A DNA stretch of 64,000 nt from the NCBI GenBank assembly GCA_964645645.1, contig CAZYBC010000003.1, positions 13,369 to 77,368 on the forward strand. The letters run 5' to 3'. The stretch comes from an uncultured Pseudomonadales bacterium. GTDB taxonomy: Bacteria > Patescibacteriota > Microgenomatia > UBA1400 > PJMF01. Each line of letters starts with the position of its first letter. Position 1 is the first letter of the stretch. The notes beneath the pieces were generated by a model. That model saw nothing but the letters and a program-made list of their open reading frames with translations, made no database searches and was not told the DNA's origin. Both the position numbers and the translations under genes were made by a program. Shown in pieces: positions 59,495 to 64,000 of this stretch.

Positions 59495-62400
59495 TTATAG
59501 CGTTAAAACAAAGCCAATTTGCGCTAGATTAACCACTACCGTTGCTTTTTTTTCCAATTCAGGCAGATATTCCGCAAAAACCTGTCGCACTTGACCAATT
59601 AAGACAGCTTGCTTGGCTGGCTCAACTGGATTAGCTTGGTTTTGCCAAACGTAATTCATGTAATCAATAAATTGTTCTTGATAAAGTTTTACTGACTCCA
59701 CTAATTTAGGCCCATCGAGGTGCATACCGCATTCATAATTTTCATCACCACGGCATTCTGCCCGATTTTTTCCTGGCTTAGTACATTGTTCACAGCCAAC
59801 ACTGGCATGAGTTTCTTTTAAGCCATGTTCTGGCAAATGGTAGACAGCTGCCAACCGTTGTTTTTCGGCATCCATGTACTCTTTAGTCGCTGCTATCCAA
59901 GGATGGACGTGTAATTGGCCATCTTTAAGTTTTAAAACTTGATTACCCGCACGACCGCGCAAAGAGCTAAGCATCACTGGAGGACTATCTAGATCTAGAG
60001 TCCATTCTGCCAAGGCTAAAACTTTTCTTAACCCACAACACATTTTATTAAAAACCTGTTTATTAGTAGCTATTTCTTCTTGATCAGCTGAATCAGGCCA
60101 AAATTCATATTGGCTTTGGGGAAAACTGAAAATCGCTTCTAATTTTTCTACTAATGGTGATTTGACTTTAATGATATCTAAATTTAAAACTTCAGCAACT
60201 TGATCTAAATAAGCTAAAACTTCTGGGAAATGATTGCCTGTATCTCCAAAAACAACTGGCACTTTAAGCTCAGTTTTTTGGCTAATTTCCGCAATCGCTG
60301 ATAAAGCAAAACCACTATTAGGTTGCGCGGAGGTCATTAAATAAACGTTGCCTGGATCAAGCTTCACTGCCCAATCTAGAATTTCTTGAGGATTAAATTG
60401 GCCCATAAATTGATTGAGTTTTTCTAATTCATCAAGAGGCAAGGCCATAATGTCGGTTTTGGTATAAATTTTACCAAAACTTTGTAGCATTTTTTTCTCA
60501 ACTGAGTTGTGGTAAAGTTGTCTTTCCATTTCTCTAAAATTGCTGACCGTTTCCATTAAACGCCGACAGTTTTCTTGCCAAAGCTGAGTAATCATAAGTA
60601 GTTTATATTCCACGTCTAATAAACGATGAGAAACTTGAAAGCCATCTCTGTTTTCAATTAAACTTTCTGCTAAAATTTCTTTGCGTTTCATTAAAAGCTC
60701 AGTGATTAATTGCACTAACTCAATTTTTGGCCCAAAACGTAACATCGAAGGATGTTTTTTGCCTTTGTTAACAGCAACTCTGAGATTACCAGCTTCATCA
60801 GCTTCTGATTCCGCAGTAATATCAATAAAAGGGTTACCTGTAAAAATTTTGCTATCATTAAACTGTAATTGTCCGTTTTTTAAGCTTGTGCCAGCTCTTA
60901 ATAAAGCTCTGATTCTCTTTAATTCAGTATCGCTAAAAGCTTTACCATCTGTACCTTTAATTAAAAATGATAAAGTCATAGATGGGACTAAATCTGGATT
61001 ATTATCATCCATTAATTTAATTTGTTGCTGTTTAGCTAATTGCTTTCTAGTTAAAGAACGCAACCAATCAATACCTGCTTGTAAATAACCTTCTGGGAGA
61101 TGATGAAATTCATTATATTTTTTGGCTACTCCTAATTCTTTAGCCAAAACATTAAAGTTAACAGCTAAATCATCAGCTAAACCGGCTTCTTGTAATTTGG
61201 CTACTAATAATTTTTCCAAATCATCTGGCAAAAAACCAATGCCAAAGTAACGATAAAGTAAAGTTAATTCTTCTTGGCTAGCATATTGAATTTTATCTCT
61301 TAAAATAGCTATAGCTTGATCAGTATAGTAAAAAACTCCACCCAATTTTAAACCGCCAATTGCTTTGGAAAACGTGCTCATTAAAACCGCAGAAATATTA
61401 TTTTGTTCACAAGTTTCTAAAATTCTTTCTGGATTAACTAACCATCTTTCTTGAGCCACATCTAATACAAGCATAATTTGGCCTTGACGCTCCAAAAATT
61501 GAGCGACAATTTCTTTTTGGGCTGAAGTAAGTTGCTCGCTGGCTAAAAGTTTTTCCAAATTAAAATAGCTAATTAAAGTTTCAATATCTTTATAAATCAA
61601 ACCACCTTTGGGCGGAATCGCAATCACATGAGAATAAACTGGGGCGGGTAAACCTTCCGGTATCTCTAATTTTAAACATCGTTCTAAACCTTTGACTAAG
61701 GTATCTAAATGTAATCTGGAAAATTCTGCAAAAGATAAAGCTTCACCATCTTTTTTACGATAGGGGATAGTATTTAATTCCAAATGAGGGGTTGTGTTTT
61801 TTACTCCATCCTGATTAGCATATTCAGCTAAACCTCCTCCTAAGGCTGTCCCTTCTGCCGCATCTTTAACTGTACTGCCAGCCTCTACCACTTGGCCCAT
61901 TACCCCAATTGCTAAACCGCCTGCAAAACCAGCCGGATAAACCCCATGCGTGCCAGAAATAGCAAAAGATTGAGCAAAACTACGACCATTTTGACGATAT
62001 AAAGCAGTTTCATCTCTTAATACATCAAACAAAAACTTGGCAGCTTGTTTTCTTTGTTGAGGATTTTCTAATCTCTCTAAACGCATGGATAACTGCAACC
62101 AAGCTAAAGTATTTTTAAAAACTTGACTATTAAGATTAAGTGAATTGCCAGTTGTTGAATCCACGCCTAAAAGCAAAGGAATTAAGTTGTCTAAAAATTT
62201 TTGATGTTTTTCTCTAATTTTTTGCAAACATTGCACCTGTTGTTCATTTAAAGGTTGATTATGATCAAAATGAGCAAAAATAGCAGGAAAAGTAAGTTGG
62301 GCTAAATTTAGTAAAATTGCTTCTTCTTTTTCTTTAGTTAAAAAATTACCTTGAGTTAAACCATCCACATATGGATCAGATCCTGTCGGCAAAACCTTGG

Positions 62401-62881
62401 CTAAAGCTTGTCTTAATGCTTTTGCTTCTTTGCTAAGAGAGTCTGGCAATCCTCCTGGTAATTCTGGTTTTTCTTGACCAGCTTGAATTTGAGCTTCTAG
62501 CTCAACCCAAGAACGAGGCGTATTTCTGGTATCAACACCTTGATCTAAACATTTAGTCCAGGTTTGTAAAACTTCTTGCCTTAAGTCTGGGGATAAGGTT
62601 TCTAGTTGTTCTGCTAAAACTGACTCTGCTAAATTAGCTCTGGGTAAAAAAATGCCTACCTCCGCTAATTTAGTTTCTAAAATTTTAATCAATTCTCGCT
62701 CAGAATGGGGTTTTTGATCTTCTGGCAAATTTCCAAGCTCATTCAGAAAAAGTTTAGCAGCGATAATTGGATTAAGTGCTCCTATATCCCAAAGACTAGC
62801 TAAGTTGTTAGGTAAATGTCCTGGTTCAAAATCAATAGAATTATTAGGTTGAGTTTCAAGTTGATGCATAGACTTTTTCAA
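59495..62881 (-). CDS. 1128-aa multidomain protein: N-terminal unknown region, central PLP-dependent (cysteine-desulfurase/aminotransferase-like) fold, C-terminal PAPS-reductase-like ATP-pyrophosphatase domain
   Basis: Central LVLDVAQERW...MSTFSKAIGGLKLGGVFY resembles the PLP-lysine region of NifS/IscS (SxHK-x2-GPKGxGxLY) with Ser in place of His. C-terminal domain has CCGLRKVLALAEW and ECGMH (CysH/DndC-family KxECGLH signature), plus a CEQC...C...C cluster. Confidence 0.55.
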   Translation of the reverse strand: MKKSMHQLETQPNNSIDFEPGHLPNNLASLWDIGALNPIIAAKLFLNELGNLPEDQKPHSERELIKILETKLAEVGIFLPRANLAESVLAEQLETLSPDLRQEVLQTWTKCLDQGVDTRNTPRSWVELEAQIQAGQEKPELPGGLPDSLSKEAKALRQALAKVLPTGSDPYVDGLTQGNFLTKEKEEAILLNLAQLTFPAIFAHFDHNQPLNEQQVQCLQKIREKHQKFLDNLIPLLLGVDSTTGNSLNLNSQVFKNTLAWLQLSMRLERLENPQQRKQAAKFLFDVLRDETALYRQNGRSFAQSFAISGTHGVYPAGFAGGLAIGVMGQVVEAGSTVKDAAEGTALGGGLAEYANQDGVKNTTPHLELNTIPYRKKDGEALSFAEFSRLHLDTLVKGLERCLKLEIPEGLPAPVYSHVIAIPPKGGLIYKDIETLISYFNLEKLLASEQLTSAQKEIVAQFLERQGQIMLVLDVAQERWLVNPERILETCEQNNISAVLMSTFSKAIGGLKLGGVFYYTDQAIAILRDKIQYASQEELTLLYRYFGIGFLPDDLEKLLVAKLQEAGLADDLAVNFNVLAKELGVAKKYNEFHHLPEGYLQAGIDWLRSLTRKQLAKQQQIKLMDDNNPDLVPSMTLSFLIKGTDGKAFSDTELKRIRALLRAGTSLKNGQLQFNDSKIFTGNPFIDITAESEADEAGNLRVAVNKGKKHPSMLRFGPKIELVQLITELLMKRKEILAESLIENRDGFQVSHRLLDVEYKLLMITQLWQENCRRLMETVSNFREMERQLYHNSVEKKMLQSFGKIYTKTDIMALPLDELEKLNQFMGQFNPQEILDWAVKLDPGNVYLMTSAQPNSGFALSAIAEISQKTELKVPVVFGDTGNHFPEVLAYLDQVAEVLNLDIIKVKSPLVEKLEAIFSFPQSQYEFWPDSADQEEIATNKQVFNKMCCGLRKVLALAEWTLDLDSPPVMLSSLRGRAGNQVLKLKDGQLHVHPWIAATKEYMDAEKQRLAAVYHLPEHGLKETHASVGCEQCTKPGKNRAECRGDENYECGMHLDGPKLVESVKLYQEQFIDYMNYVWQNQANPVEPAKQAVLIGQVRQVFAEYLPELEKKATVVVNLAQIGFVLTL

Positions 62882-63066
62882 TATTTTAAATTATATATTG
62901 AGTCTTTAATAGTTACTTAAAGTTTATAGTTATTGGTTAATTTTCACTAAACCAAATAGAGTAAGTAATAAATATGTATAAAAAAAGATATTCTATGCGT
63001 ATTATAGGACTTTGTCAAGGTTAAACCAGGTTTATTTTTTATTTTAAGTTATAATTAATCAGATCT

Positions 63067-64000
63067 ATGAACCTTTATCTCCATTTTCCCTTTTGCCAAC
63101 AAAAATGTTTTTATTGTGATTTTTATTCATTGAGTGGCCAAGAAGCCTTAATTGATAATTATTGTCAAAGTTTAATCAAAGAAATCTTAATTTATGCTCA
63201 GCAATTTCCTCAGCTTAAAATTGACACTATTTATTTAGGCGGAGGCACACCTTCTTTAATTCCAGTTAAAAATTTAGCGGAAATTCTAGCTTGTCTTAAA
63301 CAAAACTTTAACATTGACCCTAAAGCCGAAATTTCTATTGAGGCTAATCCTGATTCTTTAAGCCAAGAAAAATTACAAGCATATCTACAAATGGGCATTA
63401 ACCGCTTAAGCCTTGGCGTGCAGGCTTGGCAAAACTCGCTACTTAAAAAAATTGGCCGAACTTATCAAATAGAAACTTTTTTGCAAGCCTACCACTGGGC
63501 AAGGGAAGCGGGTTTAAGCAATATTAATTTAGATCTAATTTTTGCTTTACCCACGCAAACCTTAACTCAATGGCAAGAAAGTTTAGAAAACGTGATTGCC
63601 CTAAAACCAGAACACATTGCTTGTTATAGTTTGGAATGGGATAACCATTCCATTTTTGCCCAACAATTAAAAAATGGCAAAATTGTCATGAATACTGATG
63701 AATTAGACAGACAGATGTATCAGCTAGCTTGTAATTTACTCAGCAAAGCTGGCTATCAGCAATATGAAATCTCCAACTTTGCTCTGCCTAGATTGGCCTG
63801 CCAGCATAATTTAGATTTTTGGCACAGCAAAGATTATTTAGGTTTAGGCGCAGGAGCGACCTCTTTAATTAATTCGCAAACTTGGCAAAATACCAAAAAT
63901 CTAAAAACATACTGTAACACATTAGCCAAAAATCAATTAACTAAAGAAAAAATTCATACTTTTAACCAAGAAGAATTAATAACTAATTTTATAATGTTAG
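63067..64000 (+). CDS. hemW: radical SAM heme chaperone HemW / HemN-like (partial, runs off window end)
   Basis: MNLYLHFPFCQQKCFYCDF radical-SAM start typical of HemW/HemN, and GGGTPS; no stop codon within the window. Confidence 0.75.
   Translation, partial: MNLYLHFPFCQQKCFYCDFYSLSGQEALIDNYCQSLIKEILIYAQQFPQLKIDTIYLGGGTPSLIPVKNLAEILACLKQNFNIDPKAEISIEANPDSLSQEKLQAYLQMGINRLSLGVQAWQNSLLKKIGRTYQIETFLQAYHWAREAGLSNINLDLIFALPTQTLTQWQESLENVIALKPEHIACYSLEWDNHSIFAQQLKNGKIVMNTDELDRQMYQLACNLLSKAGYQQYEISNFALPRLACQHNLDFWHSKDYLGLGAGATSLINSQTWQNTKNLKTYCNTLAKNQLTKEKIHTFNQEELITNFIML

Noticed and set aside
60681-61088. 135-aa + strand ORF
   Set aside because: Antisense inside the 1128-aa fusion gene.

Overview
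This is an AT-rich, gene-dense 64 kb window from what looks like an anaerobic bacterium, possibly an uncultivated Patescibacteria/CPR-like lineage; that lineage guess is inference only.

What I can read from the sequence, in order along the window:
- **Alpha-glucan/glycogen cluster (1.3-6.7 kb):** a BadF-type sugar kinase, a GH15 glucoamylase-like hydrolase, a GH57 hydrolase and a glycogen-synthase-like glycosyltransferase.
- **Cell-wall and housekeeping genes:** three Mur ligases (MurE-like, MurC, MurF), RecQ, RlmN, TrmB, an AlkD-like alkylation repair protein and a partial HemW at the window end.
- **tRNAs:** tRNA-Leu(TAA), tRNA-Pro(TGG) and tRNA-Gln(TTG).
- **Probable defence islet downstream of tRNA-Pro:** a SIR2_2-like protein, a 1015-aa Type IIG/IIL restriction-modification enzyme and an unknown 256-aa ORF co-operonic with it.
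- **Envelope-stress-like module:** an LTXXQ (Spy/CpxP-like) periplasmic protein with an OmpR/histidine-kinase pair.
- **tRNA-modification pair:** an Elp3-family radical-SAM/GNAT enzyme divergent from a class I SAM methyltransferase.
- **MacA/MacB-type ABC efflux system.**
- **Unknown-function trio:** a Dda/Pif1/RecD-like helicase flanked by two unknown proteins.
- **Signalling cluster:** a 1042-aa solute-binding-domain/PAS sensor kinase flanked by two single-domain receivers.
- **HigB/HigA-like toxin-antitoxin pair beside tRNA-Gln.**
- **Anaerobic redox genes:** a two-subunit 2-oxoacid:ferredoxin oxidoreductase with a divergent flavodoxin, and a [FeFe]-hydrogenase (HydA plus a short NuoF-like subunit).
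- **Probable cobalamin riboswitch** (AdoCbl-variant-like aptamer plus terminator) in front of three translationally coupled genes of unknown function.
- **An 1128-aa fusion protein** with a cysteine-desulfurase-like PLP region and a C-terminal PAPS-reductase-like domain.

Several non-coding repeat families are visible directly in the sequence:
- long variable-stem hairpins carrying a conserved CATTCCGCCTGCGGTG loop, at three convergent intergenic sites;
- two ~165-bp elements flanked by inverted repeats, which share a core and show compensatory stem changes;
- a recurring cttactgcgaaat palindrome.

No CRISPR array, rRNA or obvious IS/transposase was seen.
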